Source of the DNA: Candidatus Gorgyraea atricola
Lineage (GTDB): Bacteria; Omnitrophota; Gorgyraeia; Gorgyraeales; Gorgyraeaceae
Reading direction: 5' to 3'
Assembly: GCA_030765235.1 (NCBI GenBank)
Contig: JAVCCW010000029.1
Coordinates: 140,939 to 204,938 of the forward strand
DNA length: 64,000 nucleotides
Shown: positions 18,358-30,132 of the stretch, in pieces
Layout of the letters: the number at the start of each line of letters is the position of its first letter
How positions within the stretch are numbered: the stretch's first letter is position 1
Notes under the pieces: model-generated
The model's database searches: none
The model's input: only the letters and a program-made list of their open reading frames with translations
Told to the model about the DNA's origin: nothing
Made by a program: the position numbers and the translations under genes

Positions 18358-19602
18358 ATGCGTAGATTAAAGTGGCTATTACCTGGGATGAAGGTAAAGC
18401 GCTGGATCATTACATGCAGTATAGGTGTAGCCCTTGTTGCAATAGGGTCTATCGTATTGATCGCTGGAAAATTTCCTGGCTCGCATGGACTTGGCATATC
18501 TGTTATCGTCCTTGGATCCTTAGTGATCATATACGGGATAAAGAGGATGGTGAAATCCTTCATCAAGGTGTTTTTACCCCAGGTAAAAGAAGGCGAGCTT
18601 GTAAATATAGTATACCATCATCGCCAGCTTGAAAAAGGCCCTAAGATAGTAGTGATCGGAGGAGGGACAGGCCTGTCAGTGCTTCTTCATGGGTTAAAAG
18701 AGCTCTCCAGCAATATCACAGCGATAGTGACTGTTGCTGATGATGGCGGCTCTTCTGGAAGACTGAGGGAACAGTTCGATATACTTCCTCCAGGCGATAT
18801 ACGAAATTGTCTTGTAGCGCTCGCAGACGCAGAGCCGCTGATGAGGGATCTGTTCCAGTTTAGATTCGGCAATGAGTCAGAATTGGCTGGCCACAGTTTT
18901 GGCAATCTGTTTATCACCGCGCTTTCCAAGGTTACAGGTGATTTTGAAAAGGCAATAAAAGAGTCAAGTAAGGTGCTTGCCATACGGGGAAGGGTCATAC
19001 CTTCTACGTTTGACAAGGTCCAGCTTGTCGCAGAGCATCAGAACGGCCAAAAGACAAAAGGTGAGACAAAGATAGTAGAGCAATCAAGTCCCATAAGAAG
19101 GGTTTTTCTGGACCCTGTGAATTGCAGGCCCAGCAAGGAATCTTTCGAGGCCATAGATGACGCAGATATAATAATCCTTGGCCCGGGCAGTTTATATACC
19201 AGCGTAATCCCAAATCTTTTAGTGACTGGCATTGCCGACAGGGCTGCCCTGTCACCAGCGCCTAAGGTCTACGTGTGCAATGTAATGACTCAGCCAGGGG
19301 AAACAGATAATTATACAGCATTCGGTCATTTAAACACTATTATTTCGCATACCAGGCCAGATATTGTAAATAGCTGCATAGTAAATACAGGGACTGTTCC
19401 TTCGGAGCTGCTTAAAAAATATGAAGAAGAGAACGCATATCCTGTACTGGCTGATTCTGACAGGATCATTGAAAAAGGATATAGTGTGATTGAAGAGGAT
19501 ATTATAAATACTAAGGATTATGTAAGGCATGATCCAAAGAAACTTTCAAAGATTATCATAGACCTTGCCCTAAAGGCAAAGGCAGCAGCCAATAAACAGT
19601 GA
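18358..19602 (+). CDS. yvcK: YvcK/GlmR (CofD-like) protein with N-terminal TM helices
   Basis: IGGGTG, DDGGSSG, PPGDIRNC, GPGSLYTS, RHDP. Confidence 0.93.
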   Translation: MRRLKWLLPGMKVKRWIITCSIGVALVAIGSIVLIAGKFPGSHGLGISVIVLGSLVIIYGIKRMVKSFIKVFLPQVKEGELVNIVYHHRQLEKGPKIVVIGGGTGLSVLLHGLKELSSNITAIVTVADDGGSSGRLREQFDILPPGDIRNCLVALADAEPLMRDLFQFRFGNESELAGHSFGNLFITALSKVTGDFEKAIKESSKVLAIRGRVIPSTFDKVQLVAEHQNGQKTKGETKIVEQSSPIRRVFLDPVNCRPSKESFEAIDDADIIILGPGSLYTSVIPNLLVTGIADRAALSPAPKVYVCNVMTQPGETDNYTAFGHLNTIISHTRPDIVNSCIVNTGTVPSELLKKYEEENAYPVLADSDRIIEKGYSVIEEDIINTKDYVRHDPKKLSKIIIDLALKAKAAANKQ

Positions 19603-19868
19603 TGTTGATAGAAAAAAAGGTAATAGTGAATAATTCACAGGGTCTTCACGCGCGTCCAGCCGCGCTTTTCGTACAGATAGCAAATAAGTACGAGAGCGAA
19701 GTCATTGTAAAAAAAGGAAATGACGAAGTGAACGGGAAATCCATAATGGGACTTATGACTCTGGCTGCTGAAAAAGGAAGCACCATACAGCTTAAAATAG
19801 ATGGCCCTGACGCAAAAGAGGCAATGGAAGAACTTGAAAAGGTAGTATCTGGGGAGACAGCCGTATGA
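19599..19868 (+). CDS. ptsH: Phosphocarrier protein HPr
   Basis: GLHARPAA, NGKSIMGLM. Confidence 0.95.
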   Translation: MMLIEKKVIVNNSQGLHARPAALFVQIANKYESEVIVKKGNDEVNGKSIMGLMTLAAEKGSTIQLKIDGPDAKEAMEELEKVVSGETAV

Positions 19869-21622
19869 TATTAAAAGGTATACCAGCTTCGCCTGGGGTA
19901 GCTATTGGGAAGGTATTTTTATTTGACGCGAGGCGTTTCATAGTGTCTGCGCGAAAGATAAAAGAAAGTGATATACCGACTGAGATCGTGCGTTTTGAAG
20001 AAGCGCTTATCAAGACTCGCACAGAGATAGTGGATATACAGAAAAAAATAACAAAGGAGATGGGCACGCATCATGCAGAGATCTTCAATGCTCATCTATT
20101 GGTTCTCGAGGACAGGATGCTTATCGAAGAGGTAATAGATCGCTTGAAGAAGGAACATAAATGCGTTGAACATGTGTTCAGCAATGTCCTGGATAAGTAT
20201 ATAAAGGTCTTTGCCAAGATGAATGATGAATATCTAAGGGAGCGGATCAGCGACATAGATGATGTTGGCAAGAGGATCCTGAAAAATCTATTGGGCGCAA
20301 AAGAAAAGTCATTAAGCGATTTAAAAGAAAAGGTTATTGTGGTGGCATATGATCTTTCGCCTTCAGACACCGCGACCATGCATAAGAAAAATGTGATGGG
20401 GTTTGTCACTGACATAGGCGGCCGCACTTCACATACAGCCATTATGGCAAAGTCCCTGGAGATACCAGCCGTGGTGGGATTAGAGAAGGCCACAGCCAAG
20501 ATGAATTCCGGAGATGTGCTTATCGTTGATGGTACAGAAGGTATTGTGATAATCAATCCGGACAAAGCCGCGCTTAAAAAATACCAGACTCGGCGGTCCC
20601 AGTTTGTAAAATTTGAAAAGGGCCTTATTAATTTAAAAGACGAACCTGCCCAGACGCTTGATGGGCATCGTGTTGAGATGTCAGCGAATATCGAAATGCC
20701 TGAAGAGATAGATTCTGTTATCTCGCATGGCGCAGAAGGTATAGGCCTTTATCGCACAGAATATTTATATATGAATAGAAAGGGCTTGCCTAGCGAGGAT
20801 GAACAATTTGAGGCATATAAAAAGGTCGTAACAAAACTTTCCGGTTCTTCTGTTATAATGCGTACCCTGGATCTCGGAGGTGATAAGTTTTTATCACAGC
20901 TTGATGTGCCGCATGAGATGAATCCGTTTTTGGGATGGCGTGCCATAAGATTTTGTCTCGCGCAGCCAAAGATATTTAAGGCACAGTTGAGGGCAATATT
21001 GCGGGCCAGCGCTTTTGGGAATATCAAACTTATGTTTCCGATGATCTCTGGTGTCGAAGAGCTAAGGCAGGCGATCGAGGTATTGAACGAGGCAAAACAG
21101 GAATTGCGCGCCAAAAAGATAAAGTTCGATAAAGACGTTGAGATCGGCGCGATGATAGAAATACCTTCTGCCGCGATTACATGCGATTTACTGGCAAAAG
21201 AAGTGGATTTTTTCAGCATAGGCACAAATGATCTTATACAGTATTCGCTCGCAGTAGACAGGGTGAATGAAAAGATAGCCTACCTTTACAAACCAACGCA
21301 TCCCGCAGTACTCAGATTGATAAAAAATATAATCGATGCAGGGCATAAGAATAAGATATGGGTGGGGATGTGCGGAGAAATGGCAGGAGAACCTGCATTC
21401 GGGCTTTTATTGTTAGGCCTTGGATTGGATGAATTCAGTATGAGCGCCGCGGCTATTCCAGAGATGAAATATATAATAAGGAATGTTAAGTTTAAGGATG
21501 CCCAGGCCGTGGCTGAAGAGGCATTGACTTTGCCAACAGGGAAAGAGGTGGAGGAGTTTACAAACAAGAAATTAGACGAATTTATCCCAGCCCTGAAAAA
21601 GATGAGGAGAAATATTAAATGA
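19865..21622 (+). CDS. ptsI: PEP-protein phosphotransferase (Enzyme I)
   Basis: GGRTSHTAI, GIGLYRTE, RTLDLGGDK, SIGTNDL, CGEMAG. Confidence 0.97.
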   Translation: MILKGIPASPGVAIGKVFLFDARRFIVSARKIKESDIPTEIVRFEEALIKTRTEIVDIQKKITKEMGTHHAEIFNAHLLVLEDRMLIEEVIDRLKKEHKCVEHVFSNVLDKYIKVFAKMNDEYLRERISDIDDVGKRILKNLLGAKEKSLSDLKEKVIVVAYDLSPSDTATMHKKNVMGFVTDIGGRTSHTAIMAKSLEIPAVVGLEKATAKMNSGDVLIVDGTEGIVIINPDKAALKKYQTRRSQFVKFEKGLINLKDEPAQTLDGHRVEMSANIEMPEEIDSVISHGAEGIGLYRTEYLYMNRKGLPSEDEQFEAYKKVVTKLSGSSVIMRTLDLGGDKFLSQLDVPHEMNPFLGWRAIRFCLAQPKIFKAQLRAILRASAFGNIKLMFPMISGVEELRQAIEVLNEAKQELRAKKIKFDKDVEIGAMIEIPSAAITCDLLAKEVDFFSIGTNDLIQYSLAVDRVNEKIAYLYKPTHPAVLRLIKNIIDAGHKNKIWVGMCGEMAGEPAFGLLLLGLGLDEFSMSAAAIPEMKYIIRNVKFKDAQAVAEEALTLPTGKEVEEFTNKKLDEFIPALKKMRRNIK

Positions 21623-22698
21623 CCCAGATGAATAATTTAGACAACCGTGAATTAGTGGCTAAGCTGGATACATCAAATATGCTGAAGCTTATTTCAGGAC
21701 TTCCTGAACAATGTAAAGAGGCTTACGAAATAGGAAGAGAGTCTAAGGTATCAAAACCAAAAAACCAGATTAACAATATAGTTTTTGCGGGATTGGGCGG
21801 CTCTGCTATAGGCGCGGATATTGTGAGGATTTATTTGCAAAATGAGCTTGAGCTTCCTGTAGTCGTCTCTCGCAACTACACGCTGCCTAATTTTGTAGGA
21901 AAGAATACGCTCTTATTTTGCGCGAGTTATTCCGGCAATACAGAAGAGACGCTTTCTTCTTTTGAAGATGGCCTTAAAAGAGGTGCCAATATAATTACAA
22001 TGGGCTCAGGAGGCAAGCTGAAAGAGCTGTCTTCTAAAAACGGCTTTAGTCATGTTACAATTCCCTCTGGTTTTCCTCCAAGGACAGCAGTCGGTTACAT
22101 GTCTATTTCTGTAATAGCTATTCTGGAAAAGCTGGGGCTTATAGGAGATAAGAAAAAGGAAATCGAGGCTGTTTTTTTCGCGCTTAATAATTTAAGGGAT
22201 AAAGAGATAGGCATTGATGTTCAAACAGAGAAAAACATATCCAAAAAGCTCGCGCTAAAACTTCTTGGAAAATATTGTATAGTATACGGTACCAGTGATG
22301 TCACTGAGGCCGTGAGCGTCAGGTGGAGAGGGCAGATCGCGGAGAATTCAAAGGCCCTCTCGTCCAGTCATGTGCTGCCTGAGATGAATCATAATGAGAT
22401 CGTTGGCTGGAAATTTCCAAAGCACCTTCTAAAGGATTTTAAGGTCATAATCCTACGAGATAAGAAAGATCATGCGAGGACCGGAAAGCGCATAGAAATA
22501 TCCAAGGCTATTATAAAGGAATCTGGCGCAGAGATCTTTGAATTGGAAAGAGGCGATGATTCCAGTCTCCTGGCGAGGGTAATCTCTCTTATCTATATAG
22601 GAGACTTTGTAAGTTTTTATCTCGCTATATTAAATAACATTGATCCCACGCCTGTAAAGAGCGTAGATTATCTGAAGGCAGAATTAGTAAAAGGATAA
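21619..22698 (+). CDS. Bifunctional phosphoglucose/phosphomannose isomerase
   Basis: GLGGSA, SYSGNTEET, PPRTA, ENSK, PEMNHNE, DPTPV. Confidence 0.9.
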   Translation: MTQMNNLDNRELVAKLDTSNMLKLISGLPEQCKEAYEIGRESKVSKPKNQINNIVFAGLGGSAIGADIVRIYLQNELELPVVVSRNYTLPNFVGKNTLLFCASYSGNTEETLSSFEDGLKRGANIITMGSGGKLKELSSKNGFSHVTIPSGFPPRTAVGYMSISVIAILEKLGLIGDKKKEIEAVFFALNNLRDKEIGIDVQTEKNISKKLALKLLGKYCIVYGTSDVTEAVSVRWRGQIAENSKALSSSHVLPEMNHNEIVGWKFPKHLLKDFKVIILRDKKDHARTGKRIEISKAIIKESGAEIFELERGDDSSLLARVISLIYIGDFVSFYLAILNNIDPTPVKSVDYLKAELVKG

Positions 22699-22699
22699 A

Positions 22700-23446
22700 A
22701 TGAAGGCATTGCTCCTCGCAGCTGGATACGCTACACGACTCTATCCACTTACACTGGACAAGCCAAAGCCACTCTTACCTGTGGCTGGCAGGCCTGTTAT
22801 TGAATTTATTCTTGATATCATCGAACCCTTGAAGGAAGTGGACGAGGTATTTATTGTAACAAATGAAAAATTTCATAAGCATTTTGAAGAATGGAAACAA
22901 GGTTTCACTAGCTCTAAAAAGATAACTGTTATTAACGATGGCACCGTATCCAATGACGACAGGCTTGGCGCAACCGGAGATATAGAGTTTGTCATAAGAA
23001 AAGAGAACATAAAGGATGATTTATTGGTTCTTGCAGGAGACAATATCTTCAGGACAAGCCTTGCCGAATTCATGGATTTTGCTATTTCCAAGAGGCCATC
23101 GATTTCCATAGGGCTATACGATGTCGGGGACTTGACTCTTGCGAAGAAGTACGGTATTGTTACGCTTGATAAAAATAAAAAAGCGATCGAGTTTAAAGAA
23201 AAACCAAAGAATCCGAGATCTACGCTTGCCGCAAAGTGTCTTTATTTTTTCCCAAAGGAGAAATTGGGAGTTGTAAAGAAATATCTGGACACTGATGAAA
23301 GCAAGGATGCGCCCGGATATTTTCTTGAGTGGCTTTCGAAGAAAGATGCGATATTCGGATATGTCTTTAAGAACGAGAAGTGGTTTGATATAGGCGATCT
23401 GAAATCTTATGAAGAGGCGAATGAAACATTTAAGAAGGAGGGGTAA
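22700..23446 (+). CDS. Sugar-phosphate nucleotidyltransferase
   Basis: LAAGYATRLYPLT..PKPLL, EKP, WFDIG. Confidence 0.88.
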   Translation: MKALLLAAGYATRLYPLTLDKPKPLLPVAGRPVIEFILDIIEPLKEVDEVFIVTNEKFHKHFEEWKQGFTSSKKITVINDGTVSNDDRLGATGDIEFVIRKENIKDDLLVLAGDNIFRTSLAEFMDFAISKRPSISIGLYDVGDLTLAKKYGIVTLDKNKKAIEFKEKPKNPRSTLAAKCLYFFPKEKLGVVKKYLDTDESKDAPGYFLEWLSKKDAIFGYVFKNEKWFDIGDLKSYEEANETFKKEG

Positions 23447-24616
23447 ATGCCGGCTGGGAAATATTTTATAACTTCAGAGTCAGTGTCAGAGGGGCATCCG
23501 GATAAACTGTGTGACCAGGTATCAGACGCTATACTTGATAATGTCTTGAGACAGGATTCAAGGGGTCGTGTGGCTTGTGAGACATTTGTAACAATGGGAC
23601 TTATCATAGTAGGCGGCGAGATTACGACTACCGCATACGTGGACGTTATAAATATAGCCAGGAATGTGGTAAAGAACATAGGTTATACGCATCCTAGGTA
23701 TGGGCTTGATTGCCAGACCTGCGCTATTTTAAATGCGATTCATTCTCAGTCTCCTGATATCGCACAGGGAGTTGACGCGGGCGGTGCAGGTGACCAGGGC
23801 CTGATGTTTGGGTATGCCTGTGAAGAGACTCCTGAACTTATGCCTTTGCCCATAATGCTTGCCCATAAGCTCGTAAAGAGAATGGCTGATCTGAGGAAAG
23901 GTGGGATCTTGAAATATTTAGGCCCTGACAGCAAGTCGCAGGTGACAGTCGAATATAAAAATGGAGCGCCAAAGAGGATCAATTCTGTTGTGCTTGCATC
24001 ACAGCATACTGAAGAGATCCTTGATAAGACAGGTAAGAATATAACGGAAAAAGCAAGAAAAGAGCTGATACAGAAGATCGCAAAGCCTATCGTTGGAAAG
24101 CTGGCTGACAGCAAAACAGAGTATTATGTCAATCAGACAGGGAAATTCCTGATCGGCGGCCCTCAGTCAGATACAGGCATGACTGGCAGAAAGATAGTCG
24201 TTGATACATACGGAGGCGTGGTATCGCACGGAGGAGGCGCTTTTTCAGGAAAGGATCCCAGCAAGGTCGATCGCTCTGCTGCTTACATGGCCAGATATGT
24301 TGCCAAGAATATTGTAGCGGCAGGTATTGCAAAGCAGTGCACCATACAGCTTGCCTATGTAATAGGTAAGGCAGAGCCGTTAGGACTTTTGGTGGACACT
24401 GCTGGCACAGGGAAGATCTCAGAAGAGAAAATAGTAGGTTTAATACGCGAGCATTTTGATTTGACTCCGAGAGGGATAATAACAGAGTTGGATCTATTAA
24501 AGCCGATTTACAATAAAACAGCTGCGTATGGCCATTTCGGAAGGGAAGGCGAGGGCTTTACGTGGGAAAGATGTGACAAGGTAAAACTTTTAAAGAAAGC
24601 AGCGCGTATCAAGTAA
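23447..24616 (+). CDS. metK: S-adenosylmethionine synthetase
   Basis: [26 protein letters not shown]. Confidence 0.97.
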   Translation: MPAGKYFITSESVSEGHPDKLCDQVSDAILDNVLRQDSRGRVACETFVTMGLIIVGGEITTTAYVDVINIARNVVKNIGYTHPRYGLDCQTCAILNAIHSQSPDIAQGVDAGGAGDQGLMFGYACEETPELMPLPIMLAHKLVKRMADLRKGGILKYLGPDSKSQVTVEYKNGAPKRINSVVLASQHTEEILDKTGKNITEKARKELIQKIAKPIVGKLADSKTEYYVNQTGKFLIGGPQSDTGMTGRKIVVDTYGGVVSHGGGAFSGKDPSKVDRSAAYMARYVAKNIVAAGIAKQCTIQLAYVIGKAEPLGLLVDTAGTGKISEEKIVGLIREHFDLTPRGIITELDLLKPIYNKTAAYGHFGREGEGFTWERCDKVKLLKKAARIK

Positions 24617-24627
24617 GGAGTGTAATA

Positions 24628-26034
24628 ATGTCCAAGGATTATAAAATAAAAGACATCAGTCTTGCTGATTTTGGAAGAAAAGAAATAGAGATCGCAGAAC
24701 ATGAGATGCCAGGGCTTATGGCTGTAAGGAAAAAGTACGCAAAAAGCAGGCCTTTATCTGGTGTCAGGATAATGGGTTCGCTGCATATGACTATCCAGAC
24801 AGCAGTGCTTATAGAAACACTTGTCAAGCTCGGGGCTAAGGTCAGATGGGCGAGTTGTAATATATTTTCCACGCAGGACCATGCTGCAGCAGCTATTGCA
24901 AAGACTGGCGTTCCAGTATTTGCGTGGAAGGGCGAGACGCTTGAAGATTTTTGGTGGTGCACGGAACAGGCCCTTACCTTTCCCGGAGGCAAAGGCCCGC
25001 AGCTTGTTGTAGATGATGGAGGGGACGCGACTTTAATGATACATCTTGGAGTCGCTGCTGAGAAAAATTCAAAAGCACTCGATAAAAAACCAGGCGGAGA
25101 AGACGAGGCAGAACTTATAAAGTTATTAAAGAAGGACTTGAAAAAGGATCCAAATAAATGGAGTAAAATAGCCAAGGAATGGAAAGGTGTTTCAGAAGAG
25201 ACTACTACTGGAGTCAATCGCCTTTATCAGATGATGAAAAAGAAAGAGCTTCTTGTCCCCGCGATCAATGTAAATGATTCAGTCACCAAGTCAAAATTTG
25301 ACAATCTGTATGGCTGTAGAGAGTCCCTCGTAGACGGCATCAAAAGGGCGACTGATGTCATGGTGGCAGGTAAAGTAGCTATTGTGTGCGGTTATGGTGA
25401 TGTGGGAAAAGGTTCTGCCCATTCTTTGGTAGGGCTTGGCGCAAGGATTATCGTGACTGAGATAGACCCTATTTGCGCTTTGCAGGCAGCTATGGAGGGT
25501 TTTGAAGTAGCTACCTTGGAGGACACCTTGGGCATCGGAGATATATACGTGACAGCTACTGGAAATAAAGATGTCATCAGGATCGAACATATGAAAAAGA
25601 TGAAGGACCAGGCCATTGTATGCAACATAGGGCATTTTGACAATGAGATACAGGTTGCAGCCCTTGAAAAATACCCTGGGGTTAAAAAAATAAATATTAA
25701 ACCACAGGTAGATAAATATGTCTTTCCTGGCGGCAAAGAGCTCTATTTATTAGCAGAGGGGCGGCTGGTCAATCTTGGCTGCGCTACAGGGCATCCTTCA
25801 TTTGTCATGTCCAATTCTTTTACAAATCAGGTCCTTGCCCAATTAGATCTATGGAAAAATAAAGACAAATACAAAAAGATAGTTTATAGGTTATCTAAGT
25901 ATCTTGACGAGGAAGTGGCAAGGATGCATCTGGATAAGATCGGCGTGAGACTTACAAAACTTTCCAAAGACCAGGCTGGTTATATAGGTGTGCCTGTAGA
26001 AGGACCTTATAAGCCAGACCATTACCGGTATTAG
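24628..26034 (+). CDS. ahcY: Adenosylhomocysteinase
   Basis: [41 protein letters not shown]. Confidence 0.97.
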   Translation: MSKDYKIKDISLADFGRKEIEIAEHEMPGLMAVRKKYAKSRPLSGVRIMGSLHMTIQTAVLIETLVKLGAKVRWASCNIFSTQDHAAAAIAKTGVPVFAWKGETLEDFWWCTEQALTFPGGKGPQLVVDDGGDATLMIHLGVAAEKNSKALDKKPGGEDEAELIKLLKKDLKKDPNKWSKIAKEWKGVSEETTTGVNRLYQMMKKKELLVPAINVNDSVTKSKFDNLYGCRESLVDGIKRATDVMVAGKVAIVCGYGDVGKGSAHSLVGLGARIIVTEIDPICALQAAMEGFEVATLEDTLGIGDIYVTATGNKDVIRIEHMKKMKDQAIVCNIGHFDNEIQVAALEKYPGVKKINIKPQVDKYVFPGGKELYLLAEGRLVNLGCATGHPSFVMSNSFTNQVLAQLDLWKNKDKYKKIVYRLSKYLDEEVARMHLDKIGVRLTKLSKDQAGYIGVPVEGPYKPDHYRY

Positions 26035-27137
26035 TTTCTAATCAGCGTAATCCCAATAAAACCAAATAGGATATTAGCCAGGTGGGCCGAGAGGATGGGC
26101 GGTATGATTCCGCCTTTTCCAAGGGCGATGCATGTTGCCATAAAAGCGTAATATATAAATCCGATCACAATACCCATCGCCATTCCTATAATAGCGGCGG
26201 TCTTGCCCCTCTGTTTTATCTTTATCGCGAATGCCGCTCCTAAAAGGATGATTACCAGGCTTGTGAAAGGAAGACTGATTTTTTGATGTAGATCCACGCG
26301 TAGTCTTTTTATGATCTCAGGCGAGGTATTCGAGAAGTTATTTATATAATTCGATAGATCCCTGAAATTCATCAATTCGTAGTCCGTGCCCTTTGATATG
26401 AGTTCTTTAGGGCTTTCCATGCGGATGTCTTTATTTTCAAAAAAGAGGGGGTTACCTTTTACCATACCTTTCTCATTGAGTTGATATATAAGTATATTTG
26501 AAAATTTCCACACTCCCCCTAGCCATTTTCCTTCGCTGGCATTTATCTTTCCTGCTATGTTACCATTTTTATCCTGCTCCAGTATTGTAATGCCATTTGC
26601 GGTTTTTGATAGGCTATCATAGCTTTCTATAAATATGAGCCTGTCACCCTTGCCGTAGAGGGCGATGTTATTGATTCGTTTAGCCCGTTGCCCGTTTGCC
26701 CGTTGGCCCGTTGGCCTATTTTTTTCGATGTAGTTTTCCTTTATGATTCTTGCATTTTTCGTGCTTAGAGGTAAGATCTTTTCTGAAATCGCGAATATGG
26801 AGATCGAAATGACCAGTCCTAAGAGTATAAAAGGTACGAGTATCCTGAATATATTTATACCTGCGGCGCGCATGGCTGTTATTTCATCATATTTATTCAT
26901 CGCGCTTATGACGTAGATGGTCGAGATAAGGCTGGTTATCGGGGCTGTATTTATAACGATAAACGGTATCATGGAAAAATAATATTCCTGCAGTATCAAT
27001 ATCGGGACAGTGTGTTTTAGTATCTCGTCAAGATGCCCGAATAAGTCTATTATTATGTATAGAAAGATAAACAAGGTCAGACAATAAAAGAAGGGATATA
27101 GGAAATTTTTTGTTATATATTTATCAAGTATTCTCAT
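26031..27137 (-). CDS. lptG: LPS export permease LptG
   Basis: [15 protein letters not shown], 3+3 TM topology, tandem with lptF. Confidence 0.85.
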   Translation of the reverse strand: MRILDKYITKNFLYPFFYCLTLFIFLYIIIDLFGHLDEILKHTVPILILQEYYFSMIPFIVINTAPITSLISTIYVISAMNKYDEITAMRAAGINIFRILVPFILLGLVISISIFAISEKILPLSTKNARIIKENYIEKNRPTGQRANGQRAKRINNIALYGKGDRLIFIESYDSLSKTANGITILEQDKNGNIAGKINASEGKWLGGVWKFSNILIYQLNEKGMVKGNPLFFENKDIRMESPKELISKGTDYELMNFRDLSNYINNFSNTSPEIIKRLRVDLHQKISLPFTSLVIILLGAAFAIKIKQRGKTAAIIGMAMGIVIGFIYYAFMATCIALGKGGIIPPILSAHLANILFGFIGITLIRN

Positions 27138-27143
27138 AGTTTA

Positions 27144-28235
27144 TTATACAGTTTTCTTAAACAGCACGCCGCCTATGATCGCAAGTATTATATTTGGCAT
27201 ATACATATATAATGCAATAGTCTGGCCGCCTTTTAGAGAGAGGGCCATTCCACCCGCCATTAATACATAATATGTCACAATTACAGCCAGTGCTATTGCG
27301 AACTGCACTGTCTTTTCACCTCGTTTCGTAAATATGCCAAGAGAGATCCCGATTATAATAAATATTAGACTGGCAAAGGATATAGAGATCTTTCTGTGAA
27401 ACTCCGCTATCAGGGCAGGCGCGTCTATATGATGACGGCCGAGTTTTTTTAACTCTTCTTTTATTTCATGGAAGTTCATCTCTTTTGGTTTTTTCTGCAC
27501 GTAGTGTCCCTGGGGGACCGTCTTGTCTATGTTCATGGTGAGATAGTATGTCTTGAAATTCAATTTATAGAAGTGCATCGGATTTTTTGGATTGGGCTCG
27601 TCGCTTGTGCCGTTGGTGAGCTTTAGTTTTATCGCATTTTGATTCTCGAGGGTGATGAATTCGCCCTTCTTGGCTATTATGGTCCTTGTCGGGCGGTCTT
27701 TCTGGATCTGGTATATGCGGATTTCCTTTAATCTGTTTTCGTCTATCTCGTTTATGAATATGATATAGCCCTTGAAACTCTTTATGAATACACCTGCCTC
27801 AAGATACGCTATAGGGTTTTTTACGCCTATATTTTTTACGATCTTGCGGGATGCGAAATGCGCCTCTGGCAAGATCCTGTCGTTGAGTATAATAGAAAAA
27901 AGGCTAAGTACGATCCCAGCTATGATCAAAGGTACTGTGAGTCTTGAGATATTGATCCCCTGCGCGCGCATGGCAGTTATCTCATTGTCAGAAGAAAGTC
28001 TCCCAAAGGTAAGCAAGGTCGCGCTCAGGGCAGACATGGGTATGGTATAGCTCAGGAGGAACGGCACCATGAATAGAAAGAGTTTACCGACAAGCGCGAT
28101 ATCCACACCTTTATTGATGACCAGATCAGCAAGCTTTATCATATTTCCTGTAACCAATGCGAAGGTGAAAACAAGGAGGGAGAACAGGAACATGAGAAAG
28201 ATGTCTTTTAACAGATACTTACATAAGATTTTCAT
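27144..28235 (-). CDS. lptF: LPS export permease LptF
   Basis: FGRLSSDNEITAMRA, EFHRKIS. Confidence 0.85.
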   Translation of the reverse strand: MKILCKYLLKDIFLMFLFSLLVFTFALVTGNMIKLADLVINKGVDIALVGKLFLFMVPFLLSYTIPMSALSATLLTFGRLSSDNEITAMRAQGINISRLTVPLIIAGIVLSLFSIILNDRILPEAHFASRKIVKNIGVKNPIAYLEAGVFIKSFKGYIIFINEIDENRLKEIRIYQIQKDRPTRTIIAKKGEFITLENQNAIKLKLTNGTSDEPNPKNPMHFYKLNFKTYYLTMNIDKTVPQGHYVQKKPKEMNFHEIKEELKKLGRHHIDAPALIAEFHRKISISFASLIFIIIGISLGIFTKRGEKTVQFAIALAVIVTYYVLMAGGMALSLKGGQTIALYMYMPNIILAIIGGVLFKKTV

Positions 28236-28957
28236 ATTGCTTTGTCTCCGCGTGCCAGCGTTATGATCTCCACCTGACGCGAGCCTGCTTCTTTAAGGAT
28301 CCTTGCGCATTCATTTACAGTGCTGCCTGTTGTAAAGAGGTCATCTACGAGCAGCATATTCTTATCTTTGATGTGAGTGATTTTATTTTTCTGCAGTGAG
28401 AAACTCTTTTTTATATTTTTTATTCTCTCGTTCCTGGGGAGACTGCTCTGGGGCGGGGTATTTATAGTTTTTTTAAGGACCCCATCAGAATATTGCACAT
28501 GCATGATCTTTGCTATATTTTCCGCCAGTACGCGAGAAGGATTTATTTCTCTCTTGAAGAGTCTGGAGCGATGCATGGGCACAGAGAGCACCAGATCAAG
28601 ATCTTTGGCCATACCATGTTCTTTCATAAAGTCTATTGTCGATCTAGTGAATTCCTTTACAGGGGAGGTGATTTTTTTATATTTAAAATCATGCACCAGT
28701 TTTTTGATCGCTCCGTCGTAATGGAATACCGAGAGGGCCTTGTCAAAATACAAGGTATCTTCCTTGCAGTCATTGCATAGCTCTTTCATCTCTGGTCCGC
28801 CTGAGAGCTTTTTGCCGCATTTTACGCAGAAAGGAGGCAGTCTTTTTTTTATCTTTTTCATGCAGCTAGCGCATATATTCTCATCAGGAGGCCTGGTCTT
28901 TTCACCGCACACCTGACAAGACGAAGGAAAGAAAAGATTTATAATACTAGAAATCAT
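28232..28957 (-). CDS. comF: ComF family protein (double zinc ribbon plus PRTase)
   Basis: Four CxxC pairs, LLVDDLFTTGST; start chosen after TTGACT-17-TATATT. Confidence 0.9.
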   Translation of the reverse strand: MISSIINLFFPSSCQVCGEKTRPPDENICASCMKKIKKRLPPFCVKCGKKLSGGPEMKELCNDCKEDTLYFDKALSVFHYDGAIKKLVHDFKYKKITSPVKEFTRSTIDFMKEHGMAKDLDLVLSVPMHRSRLFKREINPSRVLAENIAKIMHVQYSDGVLKKTINTPPQSSLPRNERIKNIKKSFSLQKNKITHIKDKNMLLVDDLFTTGSTVNECARILKEAGSRQVEIITLARGDKAI

Positions 28958-29038
28958 ATAGCATAAATATAGCATACAAGGGAATTAAAGTCAAAATGTC
29001 TTAACAAATCCTTACTTTTGTGCTATATTGATTTGGGT

Positions 29039-29761
29039 ATGGATGATAATACAGAGAGAAAGATAAAGGATCTGGAGGAGTGGAATAAGGAGCGTGGCAG
29101 GATAAAGCCTGTTATTGACAGAGCTGTGGATTGTCATAATAAGGCCAGGGTCGAGGCGCGCTGGAAGAATTATGAGACAGCCACAGGCCTATACAAGGAA
29201 GCTATCAAACATTACAAGGATGCGATAACCCTTAATCCGAAATATTACCTTCAGGATCTTATGGACAGGGTTGATCATGTTATAGAGGAGTACATGAATA
29301 ATGCCTTTAGGTTGAAGACAGTAAGGGATAAATTAAAGAGCGAAAGAGGCATAAAGGAATTCGTGAGTTTTATTGACAGCTTAAAAGAGAGGGAACGCGG
29401 GTATATAAATACATATGATCTGGCTGATGCGTATTTGCGCATAGCTAATCTATATTATGATGAAGAGAAGTTTGAAAAGGCATACGAGTTTTTTAATAAA
29501 GTAATCGATGCAAATTGCGAACGATCTTTTATAAATCGGGAAAGCTATTTTAAAATAGGAAAGATCTATTTCGAGGATGATAAGTTTAAGGAAGCGCTTA
29601 TGAGTTTTGTTTCAGTTTTATCTTTTGATAGGGAGAACGGAGAGGTCATAGATTATGTAGACAGATGCCTCAAAGAGTTAAAGATATCAACGGAATACAA
29701 GGAGAAATTTCTTGCGGCAACGCTTAATGAGGCAAAGAAGCTTATTATGGAGGTATTATGA
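29039..29761 (+). CDS. Tetratricopeptide repeat protein
   Basis: AYLRIANLYY...KAYEFFNKVI and SYFKIGKIYF...EALMSF repeats. Confidence 0.75.
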   Translation: MDDNTERKIKDLEEWNKERGRIKPVIDRAVDCHNKARVEARWKNYETATGLYKEAIKHYKDAITLNPKYYLQDLMDRVDHVIEEYMNNAFRLKTVRDKLKSERGIKEFVSFIDSLKERERGYINTYDLADAYLRIANLYYDEEKFEKAYEFFNKVIDANCERSFINRESYFKIGKIYFEDDKFKEALMSFVSVLSFDRENGEVIDYVDRCLKELKISTEYKEKFLAATLNEAKKLIMEVL

Positions 29762-30132
29762 TAGAGAGGAGACGGTATCCCAGGTTTGCATTAAAGATAA
29801 ATGCCAAGTACAGGATGATGGACTCCGAGCAAGTTCTAAGATTCGTCAATGTGAAAAATATCTCTGCGGAAGGTATGTGCTTTGAGTCAGATAAGAAATT
29901 AAAACCAGGCACTCATGTAGGATTAGAGGTAGATCTGGGTGACAGAGGTAAGCCTGTCTCTCTTACTGGAGAGATACTCTGGGTTATGGATATCAAAGGG
30001 CTCAGGGGCGGAGAGAAGAAATTTATGAATGGAATAAAATTAGTTGATATCTCCAGTTCAGACGAGGGCAGATTTTTGAAATATTATTGCGGCAGGATGG
30101 TTGAAAAGCTTTCAGGGTATTTAAAGATGTGA
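29758..30132 (+). CDS. PilZ domain protein
   Basis: ERRRYPR and NISAEG c-di-GMP motifs. Confidence 0.9.
   Translation: MIERRRYPRFALKINAKYRMMDSEQVLRFVNVKNISAEGMCFESDKKLKPGTHVGLEVDLGDRGKPVSLTGEILWVMDIKGLRGGEKKFMNGIKLVDISSSDEGRFLKYYCGRMVEKLSGYLKM

Noticed and set aside
23447-24628. SAM/SAH riboswitches at metK/ahcY, and preQ1 at queC
   Set aside because: Intergenic gaps are only 0-22 nt and no consensus is visible.
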